Below, in pieces: positions 28,801 through 36,073 of a stretch of 64,000 bases of DNA (the first letter of the stretch is position 1; every line of letters begins with the position of its first letter). The DNA lies in the IMG/VR virus record IMGVR_UViG_3300045919_000118, positions 966 to 64,965 of that record; one strand, written 5' to 3'. This DNA is from a virus. Lineage: Duplodnaviria; Caudoviricetes. Made by a program: the position numbers and the translations under genes. Below the pieces are notes generated by a model that saw only the letters and a program-made list of their open reading frames with translations, had not been told where the DNA came from and ran no database searches.

Positions 28801-30775
28801 CGAGGTTGTTGAGCTCCTGAACTACGACTGGAACGAGCCCTCAGCCACCGACCAGTTCAAGGTCGGCTACCTCGACATCGCGGAAGCGCTCCGGGATATG
28901 GACACCACCGTCTTCCGCACGAACGCTGAGCACGACATCAAGGCCGGTGACAGCGACGGCTTGCAGGTCCGCAGCTTCGACGAGCTGGCAGACCTCATCG
29001 AGCAGCTTGGTGAGGACGGCAAGTACGATGAGCTGGAGAACGCTCTGCACGACACGACGCTGGATGCCTACAGCTTGGCGGACTCCCACCACTTCGTCGC
29101 CATGCTTGGCCAGCTCGGCTACGACGGCATCATCCACAAGGACGTCTTCGACGGTGGTGCTCAGCACTACGAACCGGGCCGCGACAAGCTGGAGGAGGGG
29201 AGCACTGGCGTCCCGGTGCACGACACCTACCGGCCGTTCGAGCAGGAGCAGATCAAGTCGGTACATAACACCGGCACCTGGAACCGGGGCGACAAGCGCA
29301 TCCTGTACCAGAAGGACGTGCCGGAGGTTCCGGTGAAGGCCAAGTACGCGAAGGGCGACCTTGCCCCGGCGGACCCGAAGGTCAACACGCCGGAGTTCAA
29401 GGCCTGGTGGAAGAAGAGCAAGGCCATCGACAACATCGGTCACCCGATCACGGTGTATCACGGGTCGAATCACGACATCACCGAGTTCACGCCTGGCAAC
29501 ATCGGTGGGTTCCTTGGTGGCCGGTTCTACTTCACCAGCAACAAGCAGGACGCCTCAGCGAACTACGCGGGCCATGACGCCCCGGACTTCGACATGAGGG
29601 CATGGGTGCGGGCCGGTGCGGAAGCGCCAAACCTGACCAGGGATCAGCTCCTTCAGAAAGCGGAGGAGTGGAAGAAGGCGAATACGGCGCATGAAGGCGC
29701 TGTCTACCCCTTCTACCTCAGCCTCCAGAACCCGCTCTACATCGGTGGGCCGAATGAGACCCGCATTCCGAAGTCGACCGTCCATGCAATGCTCGGGCAC
29801 CTGCCTGATGCAATGCGCGAGACTGACAGCGAGCTCGGCAGGAACCGCGTGATCAAGGCTGCGGCGACCGAGTGGTTGTCCGATGCGATGGCCAACATCA
29901 GCCACGGGTCGACCGTGGCGGCATCCGATTTTGTTCGCAAGGTGATGCAGGGCAGCCAGGGCAAGCTGATGCGTGCCATCCAGGAGAAGTTCCCGAAGTA
30001 CCGGACGCTGGGTGACAACCCAATCCCGGAGGTGCTGCGGAACTTGTTTGAGAAGATGGGCTACGACGGCGTGATCGACTCGTCTGTCCGCGGGCGCTGG
30101 CCTGGCCTGTTCAGCGCCAGGGACGGCAACCCCGCGATCAGCGACGATGTCGTGCACTACATCGCCTTCCATCCTAACCAGATCAAATCGGTCAACAACA
30201 CCGGTTCGTTCAGCGAGCGCATGAACCACATCCTGTATCAGATGGGTGACAAGTTCGACACGAAGTACGAGGACGCGCCCCAGGGCGGCCGGTTCCTCGA
30301 CACCCTTCGTGACGGCTTTGCCAACGGCAAGGTCGACCCTGGCGAGCGGGCCACCATCTCGGACCAGAAGGGAGACCTGGAGCGGGTCTACAAGAAGGAC
30401 TGGCTGGAGCAGCGTCGCGGGGCACCGCACCTGAAGCAGTTCGCCATCATGCTGCACGGCAAACCCATCGGCCGCATCAACGGCACGGTGAACGGCGAGA
30501 ACATGGAGGTGAGCTGGCTCGGCATGATCGGCGGCGACGACGGACTCAGCGATAGCTCGATCCGCCATCTTGGTGCTATCTTGCGCCGGGCACTGCCACG
30601 GGGGGTCACAAAGTTGACCGGCCTGCGGAAGCGCGCAGAGCAAAAAGCCGAGCAGCCACCGATCCGGCCACAAGAGCCTGCGCCGAAGCCTATCCCACGC
30701 ATCACCACCACCAGGGGGCGGGAAGACCCGCTGCTCGATTATTATCGAGACCTTGGCGTCGATTTAGGGGACTAG
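19853..30775 (+). CDS. Giant (3640 aa) polyvalent internal virion protein: two paralogous ExQSD modules, HExxH metallopeptidase, two ART-PolyVal-like domains
   Basis: Duplicated GVKPEEL.D.GL / E.QSD / TG.QQ..RY / YDK; HESGH at 25064-25078; two TPEFK.(F/W)...P...Y(R/H)G...YLS...PL...GYDG.I...QIKSV.NTG domains. Confidence 0.8.
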   Translation: MANPWEFNWGTDDDQAPAQQPVAKPQAASPWTMNWNWNRAEQSAASQDYRRINPMRTIGQSDVANNLINEEYQAPELLHEDEATQDFVRPEGELFHARSFVPGAVPSQGKPLALEEPDWFHATAVQTGKGVGDMAATVATGVDGTPANLRRLPLDKTDDGINVADDTWSLTAKKITARAMRMAPMALEVMAGAMMGTGPTAALSTAVEGGAGGAMVGTWLQSAGPKFQAALLKYPGDPERAWQEAGNAALIDTGFAGAGGLLMGANLFSHEIANTVFQMFGLQPLVGMANMRANEMYTGDYSDQAWYDRYLENAGPGVLQTGAERIGAHIGLGSHEPGSGLPGGPDGRGGAGGDDHFIHTIPEALRSEDIAASNRRPASDYAYLDRNDPNYEPRAPRRSDGDNVTPLRYQKADEEPVDTRLRDINEQLPLKSREVFDNLKLTKAPMSDWHGVMLNKGVKPEELKDLGLTNELQKDPKKSWSRADIDALMKRNTPVFKEHLYSAAKHDEKRYSLHSDSYDSNGDPNGPLYWYEPRTGERIGQFATQDEAMASMPPDAVYVTDPNGQDHMGPLSDVGYSKWDKYTGQELVSPGVKNYEERVVQQNKERPQLKSLSDYISEKLGPSSQHYWSAMSQEQKEALHKEYERDVVKPWQDSVGEHQASRWNIGDTPGDHFGITNSVYHNRYGTLEFEDGVVAHHDDETQSDTIQKGRTQGFREESKTSIRNRADEVQQEFAKKHSEWRTILDKYAGLVEKLVGVAPATPSGRNQVQVRAKHLQELSELRPEEAAKLGYSPYDQELAGRDAVEVNRLQDEWRALDQKRIEIDSQVNLMPIVPHLDSWSKVSLKRMIQVALSKGLRHISWTTGEQQARRYGLENKINQISFRPADRTNPNGDKIHWTAIDKDGDTPIHNRESTFSDLADHVGSELAKKIWEKSKTWDPDGNQQTWQIFHPEDLKMGGEFHKKLYDKKKVEWAKELGKPFGFKPELKSAPYEDSDQPKMFRHFAVGDEGWNKVRTALKDYLTKVQPGSWGLTEAALRTHQEMEQMENQGRGTSADLVDYIDHEFSHNERDKLYFMLWNKVPDMIGAGRKVAIDHELGSDARRQMLAAIEQLKQKINARERNHLNRGWFNDNPTLGAQVLDDLAFTTQTPSRNLPGYFDGLREKLGSADEVKRLMRAIQHEQREMFGESAKPLFEMSTGPLVKPRQMWRMEITPKMGKQFRYQIAKDEEEARPGTLAVVHNISADALIHADRMGGLPAPSIGIVNAEHGMAGYGEISLLGHADLINPERSSHNKVYSNDIYSARYPKTGGRMDMSKIPMLKEMLADEIQRSGHLRGPHPGDFGQDGMSRHLENLHPVIMKFAREHGIIGPDENIMSVHNQAGPTPKGDVRTQAEARTKEVTAQVKKRGGFKTWIDRTFRPLFKEEVIQGPDGDVPHTMQNLMTLMASFDDPRAKHEFSSVGRVRAAQARQFKTLDEIRGASDRLAPKHTYEDRFQKAGALYNEVASSLADKVPEDIKAQRGKVFGSKYQGAPLMMANHALVEAARSGDVAGEIRRYIPDATDEDIAKAVDMMRQLSDLPTPYFEAKIMRPVGVDEFSAAVVPSNLREDAAAVLDKNQVAERIIYQHSDDPQQNELNRNRAIAEYKKLRLQRTEGGELTGNMDDLRKVSLTKERAAKDAPLMKAIIEEMQRIAPGVKVAFVERLLTRGADGSMGTLGGVNFGDMAIVALRNKDAMGSGRHESGHVVVDFFKGLGIFKPHEWEALTRYAKEKLFKKHEKFLSYYEKFGPDVMMSEAIVQELGVGRPTKFKGYPPIIRKMLYRMDGVLKAIRVGVHRVLGKKVKGEDVMAMLDAGHIGARAKPLLKKLGATATTDYGLATDPSGKVHYQVTPESKLDNIFDSALDIALGSTKLTRGHGAQWRAELIKQGVKPEELRDTGLEHLFTEFKDKPLTKDHVVNRREDNRTELHVIIKDDGTKPLSRAVAVRQEADPTAPAAPRVTDHIPEPLSESDLENSRFEDKDDVMEYIRDYHVDDEVNNRLEDYDNSDNPRYRYEHREYDKPTFRIEERDGNGEFIDNHGAHDDESDAEWELNHGRDDEVYFHGKPRQIGGLLTRLMGKDPTWVVDIHRHARNRSGRAVDIMGNEIDLEHPFPDQQDEYPLSIPDDEHRQKKYDNHDVHDEASGSTPEEAISNAMKIIRDKSRTFHVTEEPNEGYRIYDIKEDEWHEDNNHYYESGNAERAAERLNDRWVEEWSEQASEEVNEELNNDKDWWVDRAVEVIEDEIGTELDHDDLVEAVRHHWFSRRRNNNNTTSVRGPTSNISFGAYNLKGGGSYKREYLLTIPSLPSKMNLAPPGSTALALRNPDPDFVRDPSLPALTPREMRVRPNIGHGLPTHFHDNGNRNIMQHFRAQDFEVEDGGKAIVLEEDQSDPHQAARQAAKALAKLLGDPTATATGYGLEEKEKARTAVENTETQINALNANARHLRDLLHDTVNLNKGLKNLYDTDTRVSGDWVYGEYANWAHVTDASEYLGQAANKVPSYLKGGVDYLKEQLKKLPNTGALPNATNALVEAEAISRAAIRMRRNSNRIDEATSQLRQAQIQPDSLPHKDSWPMLALKAILHEAIVNGYDYVGMPTGAQQVERYPGALRTAIKKLVWKERRDGKFDLEIDMEKDRQNRAKHVLEGLTEQDIKNNLGAAGAKQIVQDRYGRNDKFEPTNMHVASGEIGDGRLEINNQGMMNFYDKTVQKDSKAFLAKMGLKWGMIRVVKNPGQGWHVTAQHKWDNPTLPRRSVDTFPSRAAAEAYAESVRLEAEQVKARNEEPTWADVKVEPNPSSYHEIHGIKITPEARQDYQTEITDKTGKVVKPANKMLRYQIADGETDYAARVARATTETPEFKRFFEGSVVKTPDGQPLKLYRGQRRNAQEDKFVLTNRRATPSFTPDPDVANVYSRQLDTKQYGPGSNVLPTYLSMKAPLDLRALGEHPSLGEVVELLNYDWNEPSATDQFKVGYLDIAEALRDMDTTVFRTNAEHDIKAGDSDGLQVRSFDELADLIEQLGEDGKYDELENALHDTTLDAYSLADSHHFVAMLGQLGYDGIIHKDVFDGGAQHYEPGRDKLEEGSTGVPVHDTYRPFEQEQIKSVHNTGTWNRGDKRILYQKDVPEVPVKAKYAKGDLAPADPKVNTPEFKAWWKKSKAIDNIGHPITVYHGSNHDITEFTPGNIGGFLGGRFYFTSNKQDASANYAGHDAPDFDMRAWVRAGAEAPNLTRDQLLQKAEEWKKANTAHEGAVYPFYLSLQNPLYIGGPNETRIPKSTVHAMLGHLPDAMRETDSELGRNRVIKAAATEWLSDAMANISHGSTVAASDFVRKVMQGSQGKLMRAIQEKFPKYRTLGDNPIPEVLRNLFEKMGYDGVIDSSVRGRWPGLFSARDGNPAISDDVVHYIAFHPNQIKSVNNTGSFSERMNHILYQMGDKFDTKYEDAPQGGRFLDTLRDGFANGKVDPGERATISDQKGDLERVYKKDWLEQRRGAPHLKQFAIMLHGKPIGRINGTVNGENMEVSWLGMIGGDDGLSDSSIRHLGAILRRALPRGVTKLTGLRKRAEQKAEQPPIRPQEPAPKPIPRITTTRGREDPLLDYYRDLGVDLGD

Positions 30776-30777
30776 CC

Positions 30778-32265
30778 ATGCCAGCCACCAACAGAGTTCC
30801 GCAGCCCTTCTTGCAGCCGGTCGACGGCTCCGGGAACCCGTATCCTGGCGGGCTGCTCTACTTCTACCTGACGGGCACGACGACCCCGTCGAACACGTAC
30901 TCCGACACCGCGCAGACGGTTCCGAACACGAACCCTGTCGTCGCGGACGGCTCGGGGATGTTCCCGGTGATCTACCTGGCGTCAGGGGTCACGTACGACG
31001 CGGTGCTGAAGAACTCGACTGGCTCGACGATCTGGACGGCAACGGCGATAGCGTCCGGAACCGTGTCGGCTGCGAGCACGTCAACCGCTGGCATCGTGGA
31101 GCTGGCGACGCAGACGGAGGCCGTCATCGGGACGGACACCGCCAGGGCCATGACCCCCCAGGACACAGCCTCCGCGATCCAACAGGGGTTCAGTTACGGG
31201 ACGACCGGCGGGTCCGCCAACGCGATTTCAGTCACGCCGACCGTGACGCCGTTCTCCCTGGCGGGCGGGACCGTCTGCTACTTCAAGGCGACATCCTCAA
31301 ACTCATCCGGCACCACGCTGGACTACGGCGGGGTCGGAGCGATCACGGTCAAGGTGGCCACGACCTCTGGCCTGACGGCCTGCGTCGGCGGCGAGATCGT
31401 GAGCGGCAACACGTACCGGTGCACCTACTCCGCGGTGGACTCGGCCTGGATTCTGGAGCTCGTCGGCTTCACGCCATCAACCATCTCGCTGTTCGTGGCC
31501 CTGCCTGGCGCGAGCAACCTGGTCATCACCAACGGTGGTGCGACCACGAACATCGCGATCACCTACGACCAGGTCGTGATCGTGGACTCGACCGGTCGCG
31601 GACTGGCCAATATCAGCGGCTCCTTCACCTGCGACTGCTCGACGAACGGGGCCGTCAACAAACTCGACACCGGCTCCATCGCGGCTACGTCCGAGTACCA
31701 CATCTTCATCATAGCGAAGCCGGATGGCACGGGCGTGGGCTCTCTTGCCTCTCTCAGCCCAACAGCTCCGACGCTGCCGTCCGGGTACAGCGGCGGGTTC
31801 AAGTATAGAATTGGCTGCATGATCACTGGTGGTGCGTCTACGTTCCTGCGTACGAAGCAGATCGGCAGGCGAGCCCAGTACGTTGTGGCAGCGGGCACGA
31901 CGACAACGGCCATGCCGCAATACACAATAGCAAACAATGCCACCAAAACCGCGCTCACCTGTGCAGGAACGGCAGGCTCCGGCGGGGCCTCAAAGATTCC
32001 ATCAACCGCAGCGACGACGATTATCGTCTGCGACGGAAACGGTGATGCATCAGCCAACATCTATCTCTTTCCAAGCAACGATGCGGGTTGGACATCCGCA
32101 ATCGGGCTCAAGATGAGCGGTCATGGTAACGGTGCCGGAAGCGCGGCCCCGAATATAACGATGACGGAATTCGCGCTCGAAAGCACCTCGTTCTACTACA
32201 CGATGGCCAATGGAGCGAACATCCGACTGAGCCAGTTTGGCTGGACAGACAAGGTCAATGCATGA
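30778..32265 (+). CDS. Tail fibre/spike with P22-like head-binding N-terminal domain
   Basis: D.SGNP..GGLLYFY..GTTTP..TY...NTNPVV.D..G N-terminus; GIVELAT..E motif. Confidence 0.85.
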   Translation: MPATNRVPQPFLQPVDGSGNPYPGGLLYFYLTGTTTPSNTYSDTAQTVPNTNPVVADGSGMFPVIYLASGVTYDAVLKNSTGSTIWTATAIASGTVSAASTSTAGIVELATQTEAVIGTDTARAMTPQDTASAIQQGFSYGTTGGSANAISVTPTVTPFSLAGGTVCYFKATSSNSSGTTLDYGGVGAITVKVATTSGLTACVGGEIVSGNTYRCTYSAVDSAWILELVGFTPSTISLFVALPGASNLVITNGGATTNIAITYDQVVIVDSTGRGLANISGSFTCDCSTNGAVNKLDTGSIAATSEYHIFIIAKPDGTGVGSLASLSPTAPTLPSGYSGGFKYRIGCMITGGASTFLRTKQIGRRAQYVVAAGTTTTAMPQYTIANNATKTALTCAGTAGSGGASKIPSTAATTIIVCDGNGDASANIYLFPSNDAGWTSAIGLKMSGHGNGAGSAAPNITMTEFALESTSFYYTMANGANIRLSQFGWTDKVNA

Positions 32266-32762
32266 TGATCGTCCTCATCGCCGCGATCTCGTCCCCTGTC
32301 GGTGGAACCCTGTACAGGTTGCGAGGTGGCGTCCTCAAGGATTGGTTCCCGAAGGTCTTCGGCACGCAGCTCAGCAGGCTTGCCTGGGCGCTGCCGACGG
32401 CCGCTCTCATGACGTGGGCCTCCGGCGCTCCCTGGTGGATGGTGCTGCCGCTGACGGCTTCAAACCATGCGTCGCTCGATCTCTTCGGCACCGGGCAGTA
32501 CCTGGACGACCAGAAGCCTGAGTTCCCGGACTGGACCGGCTTCGCCAGGCTGACGCTGGCCGCGGTGCCGGTCGTCGTCGTAAGCCCGCTCATGTTCTTC
32601 GTCTACGCCATCAGCGGCGCGTTTCACTCGTGGCTGTACTGGGCAGGCTTCCGCATCGGGGGCAACTCCCAGACGAGCGAGATCATCATCGGGGCTATCG
32701 CCTGGCCGATCATCGTGCTGACAGGCTGGCCTCACCTTCTGCCTTCCGGAGTGCTTCCATGA
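32262..32762 (+). CDS. Membrane protein
   Basis: Several hydrophobic segments; GG.LYRLRGG motif. Confidence 0.55.
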   Translation: MMIVLIAAISSPVGGTLYRLRGGVLKDWFPKVFGTQLSRLAWALPTAALMTWASGAPWWMVLPLTASNHASLDLFGTGQYLDDQKPEFPDWTGFARLTLAAVPVVVVSPLMFFVYAISGAFHSWLYWAGFRIGGNSQTSEIIIGAIAWPIIVLTGWPHLLPSGVLP

Positions 32763-33259
32763 CCACCTGGCCGACCCAAGCGAACTGCAAGTTCTTCTAC
32801 GGCAACCCGGACATCAACGGTGACGGCCTCCCGGATCGCTCCTGGGAGGTGGCCAACCTGGTCCGGTTCGTGCCGCCCTACGACATGGTCCTGGCCTGGG
32901 AGCCGACCACGAAGGTCAGCAAGATCGTGGCGCACAAGAACTGCGCCAACGCGATGCAGGACTGCCTGAAGGCCATCGGCCAGCTCTACGACGTCCAGCA
33001 GCGCGAGCTCCACGGCCTGCACCTGTTCGGTGGCGCGTACAACTTCCGCCTTATGCGAGGCAGCACGAAGCTCTCGATGCACAGCTACGGCTGCGCCATC
33101 GATCTCAACCCGACGGGTAACCCGCTCGGCACCCCCTGGTCTGCGGGCATGATCCCGATGGCCGTTGTCGGCATTTTCGAAGGAGCGGGGGCGACCTGGG
33201 GTGGTCGCTGGCATGACCGTCCTGACTGCCAGCATTTTCAGTTCGCGACAGTACATTGA
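32759..33259 (+). CDS. Endolysin, peptidase M15 family
   Basis: FGGAYNFR, SMHSYGCAIDLN, WGGRW...DCQHFQ. Confidence 0.85.
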   Translation: MTTWPTQANCKFFYGNPDINGDGLPDRSWEVANLVRFVPPYDMVLAWEPTTKVSKIVAHKNCANAMQDCLKAIGQLYDVQQRELHGLHLFGGAYNFRLMRGSTKLSMHSYGCAIDLNPTGNPLGTPWSAGMIPMAVVGIFEGAGATWGGRWHDRPDCQHFQFATVH

Positions 33260-33272
33260 GGGATTGAGGGGA

Positions 33273-33587
33273 ATGACGATTACGGAAGAGAAGCCTGGCG
33301 GCTCATGGCACCTAGACAGACGAGTGCCGATAGCAACGATTGGAGCCATTATCCTCCAGGCGGCGGCTTTTGGCTGGATGGTGTCGTCGATGGATTCGAG
33401 AATACAGAGTCTTGAGAATTATTCGGTTGAGCTGCGTGCTGCTAAAATCACTGAGCGGCTCGCGGTGGAGGAGGCCGCTACCATCGAATTGCGAGCCAGC
33501 AACGTGCACGTCGGCCAGCAACTGGATCGACTGGAGAACAAGATCGATCATCTCTCGGAGCGCCTTGGCGTCCGACAGGATAAGTAG
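33273..33587 (+). CDS. Membrane-anchored coiled-coil protein (holin/antiholin-like)
   Basis: WHLDRRVPIA followed by one TM helix and a coiled coil; in the lysis cassette. Confidence 0.55.
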   Translation: MTITEEKPGGSWHLDRRVPIATIGAIILQAAAFGWMVSSMDSRIQSLENYSVELRAAKITERLAVEEAATIELRASNVHVGQQLDRLENKIDHLSERLGVRQDK

Positions 33588-33596
33588 GAGGGAGCT

Positions 33597-34016
33597 ATGC
33601 GTGAGTTTCTGATGAAGAGCATGGGCGCGGTGCAGAGCCAGCCCCTCTTGTCGAGCGTGGCTGCGATTGCGGTGTCGGTCACATCGGTGGTCGGAGGCGC
33701 TAACGCGCTGGGGATCGATTTGGTTCCCTGGGTATCCGCATCTGACCTAGATGCCGTAATGAAGAAGGAGCTGGACCGCGATTCAGCGATGATGGACCTC
33801 ATCAAGGAGCTGGCCAACACGCAGAACGCAATCCGCAAGGATCAGGCAGCCCTTATGCTGGCATTCTGGCAGGCCAGGCTCGACGAGGCCGATGATGAAT
33901 TGAAGACGGTGCCGTCATCAAAGACAGCGAAAGCACAGAAGGTCGAAGCTGAGCGCCAGATCGACCTGATCATGAGGCGCATGGTAGTGGAGCCCAAAGA
34001 TGACGAACCAAAGTAG
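33597..34016 (+). CDS. Hypothetical membrane-anchored protein
   Basis: N-terminal hydrophobic helix; GGAGG RBS. Confidence 0.5.
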   Translation: MREFLMKSMGAVQSQPLLSSVAAIAVSVTSVVGGANALGIDLVPWVSASDLDAVMKKELDRDSAMMDLIKELANTQNAIRKDQAALMLAFWQARLDEADDELKTVPSSKTAKAQKVEAERQIDLIMRRMVVEPKDDEPK

Positions 34017-34752
34017 GAAGCTGAACTGGCGTCCGGACCTCCCGGACCAGCGTGACTTGGTCTACGCCCCGAAGAAGGTCGCGGTGGGCAAGCTCCCGAT
34101 CATCAAGGACCTGCGGCGGCTGTGCTCGCCGGTCGAGGACCAGGGGCAGCTCGGCTCCTGCACCGGTAACGCGATAGCTGGGGCCATCGAGCTCCTGGAA
34201 GGCAAGGGTGGCATCGAGGCTGCCGACATCAGCCGCCTGTTCATCTACTACTGCGAGCGCGAGTACATCAACGAGGTGAGCCAGGATTCCGGCGCGTACA
34301 TCAGGGATGGGATCAAGGCGATCCGGAAGACCGGGGCCTCCCTGGAATCGATCTGGCCGTACGACATCAGCAAGTTCGCGGAGAAGCCGTCTCCAGATGC
34401 CTACGCCAGCGCTGCCAAGCACAAGTTCACGAAGTACCAGCGTATCGTCACGCTCGACGACATGCTGCGGTGCCTGGCCGCCGGGTTCCCGTTCGTCTTC
34501 GGGTTCACGGTCTACACCTCGTTCATGAGTGACGCCGTAGCGCGCACCGGCAAGGTGCCGATGCCGAAGCCTGGTGACCAGGTCGAGGGTGGCCATGCTG
34601 TCCTGGCTGTCGGCTACTCGCAGAAATCCAAGCGGTTCATCGTCCGCAACTCCTGGGGCGAGGGCTGGGGCAACAAGGGCTATTTCACGATGCCCTTTGC
34701 GTACCTGGCGGACCGGAACCTGTCCGACGATATGTGGACCGTTCAAGGTTAA
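34000..34752 (+). CDS. Papain-like cysteine peptidase (C1A)
   Basis: DQGQLGSC (oxyanion Gln, catalytic Cys), GGHAVLAVGY (His), VRNSWG (Asn). Confidence 0.92.
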   Translation: MTNQSRKLNWRPDLPDQRDLVYAPKKVAVGKLPIIKDLRRLCSPVEDQGQLGSCTGNAIAGAIELLEGKGGIEAADISRLFIYYCEREYINEVSQDSGAYIRDGIKAIRKTGASLESIWPYDISKFAEKPSPDAYASAAKHKFTKYQRIVTLDDMLRCLAAGFPFVFGFTVYTSFMSDAVARTGKVPMPKPGDQVEGGHAVLAVGYSQKSKRFIVRNSWGEGWGNKGYFTMPFAYLADRNLSDDMWTVQG

Positions 34753-34791
34753 AGTCGTACAAGCTGAGTCGCCAAACAAGGAGGCTCGGCA

Positions 34792-35103
34792 ATGGAAGTT
34801 CAGTCAAAGCCCTGGTACGAATCAGTGACCATCTGGGGTGTCGTCGTGACGATGCTGTCAGCCCTGCTTGGCGTGGTCGGTTACTCGATCAGCACCGAGA
34901 CTACGGCGGCCGTCACCAACCAAATCCCAGGGCTCATCGAGGCGATCTCCAACAAGAACTGGGTGTCGCTGGCGTCGATCCTGATTGCCCTGGTGGGCTC
35001 GCTCATTACGACCGTCGGTCGGATGCAGGGCACGCAGCCGGTTCACTTCGTCAAGCCCTTCGCGGTCCCTGCCACTGGCGTCACAGCCGCCAAGGCTCCG
35101 TGA
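34792..35103 (+). CDS. Holin-like protein
   Basis: KPWYESVTIWG N-terminus and two TM helices. Confidence 0.65.
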   Translation: MEVQSKPWYESVTIWGVVVTMLSALLGVVGYSISTETTAAVTNQIPGLIEAISNKNWVSLASILIALVGSLITTVGRMQGTQPVHFVKPFAVPATGVTAAKAP

Positions 35104-35333
35104 GCGCCTGGCTCTCACTAGCACTGGGCTTGGTCAAACTCATCTCGTGGGTGACGACCAAGCTCAGCGACATGGAGCGTGACCGGATGGTCCGCGCCCT
35201 GGTCGAGGACGAGAACCTGAAGGCGGACCTGGAGACCATCGCGAAGGCGAAGATCATCATCCAGGAGACCGCCGCGATCCTGGGCGACGACCCGAAGATC
35301 ATCAAGAAGCCAGACCAGGACATGCTGCCATGA
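35100..35333 (+). CDS. Putative i-spanin
   Basis: GTG start overlapping the upstream stop; N-terminal TM segment then helical region; precedes a lipoprotein. Confidence 0.5.
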   Translation: MSAWLSLALGLVKLISWVTTKLSDMERDRMVRALVEDENLKADLETIAKAKIIIQETAAILGDDPKIIKKPDQDMLP

Positions 35334-35608
35334 AGAAGGCCCGTGACCTGGCTGCTGTCTTTGCGCTGCTGTGGCTCCTGGGGGCCTGTGGTCTGTTCGC
35401 CCAGAAGCCGACGTTGCAGCCCTACGATCCGGTGCGGACGTTGTGTGGAGGCATCGGCCTCATCCACTGGCACCTGGATGACTCGGCGTCGACGGTGAAG
35501 CAAGTAAAAGAGCACAACGCCGTTCGCCGGTCGTTGTGCCCGAAGGATCATTACCCAGAGTGGTACTACGACCAGGTCGGGTTAGCGGTCGCCGCGCCGC
35601 CTCAGTGA
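35330..35608 (+). CDS. Putative o-spanin lipoprotein
   Basis: Signal peptide with LLGAC lipobox; HN....LC motif. Confidence 0.6.
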   Translation: MKKARDLAAVFALLWLLGACGLFAQKPTLQPYDPVRTLCGGIGLIHWHLDDSASTVKQVKEHNAVRRSLCPKDHYPEWYYDQVGLAVAAPPQ

Positions 35609-36073
35609 GCCAGTCTTGCCCTCGACGATATTCTTGACGGCCTGCTGGAGCTCTTCAGCCGTGAACTTGGCCAGGCCGCCCTTCTCCGTCGCACCGGCCC
35701 GCACCTTCATGACCTCGCCGAAGTCGATGAAGTGGTCAGCCATTGTCAGCATCATGTCGCGCCGGTTCTCCTCGTCGACATCCTTGTTCAAGGCGAAGTT
35801 CGTGGTCAGGAGTTCGGCCGTCATGAATGACCCGACGATGGCCATGATGAGGGTGTTCTCCAACTTCTCCTTGTTCTCGCTGTCCGTGATGTATGGGACC
35901 AGGGCCTCCGTGATGACCTCCATCAGGCGTCCGGTCTCGACTGTGCAGTCGTGATCCGGGTTGCCGCAGTCGCAGGTCGCGAGCTTGCCAGCAAATGTGC
36001 GGTAGCCCTCCAACACCAGGGCGACGCGCTTGCTGAGGCGTTTGTCGGCCTCGCTCATTATCGGCTTGATCAT
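35582..36073 (-). CDS. Hypothetical protein
   Basis: 163 aa, coupled to the upstream gene; CDCGNPDHDC cluster. Confidence 0.55.
   Translation of the reverse strand: MIKPIMSEADKRLSKRVALVLEGYRTFAGKLATCDCGNPDHDCTVETGRLMEVITEALVPYITDSENKEKLENTLIMAIVGSFMTAELLTTNFALNKDVDEENRRDMMLTMADHFIDFGEVMKVRAGATEKGGLAKFTAEELQQAVKNIVEGKTGSLRRRGDR

Noticed and set aside
19853-30775. N4-like virion RNA polymerase, suggested by size
   Set aside because: No polymerase motifs recognised; the content is a mosaic of polyvalent-protein domains
30778-32265. Diversity-generating retroelement target in the tail fibre
   Set aside because: No reverse transcriptase and no template-repeat copy noticed in the window
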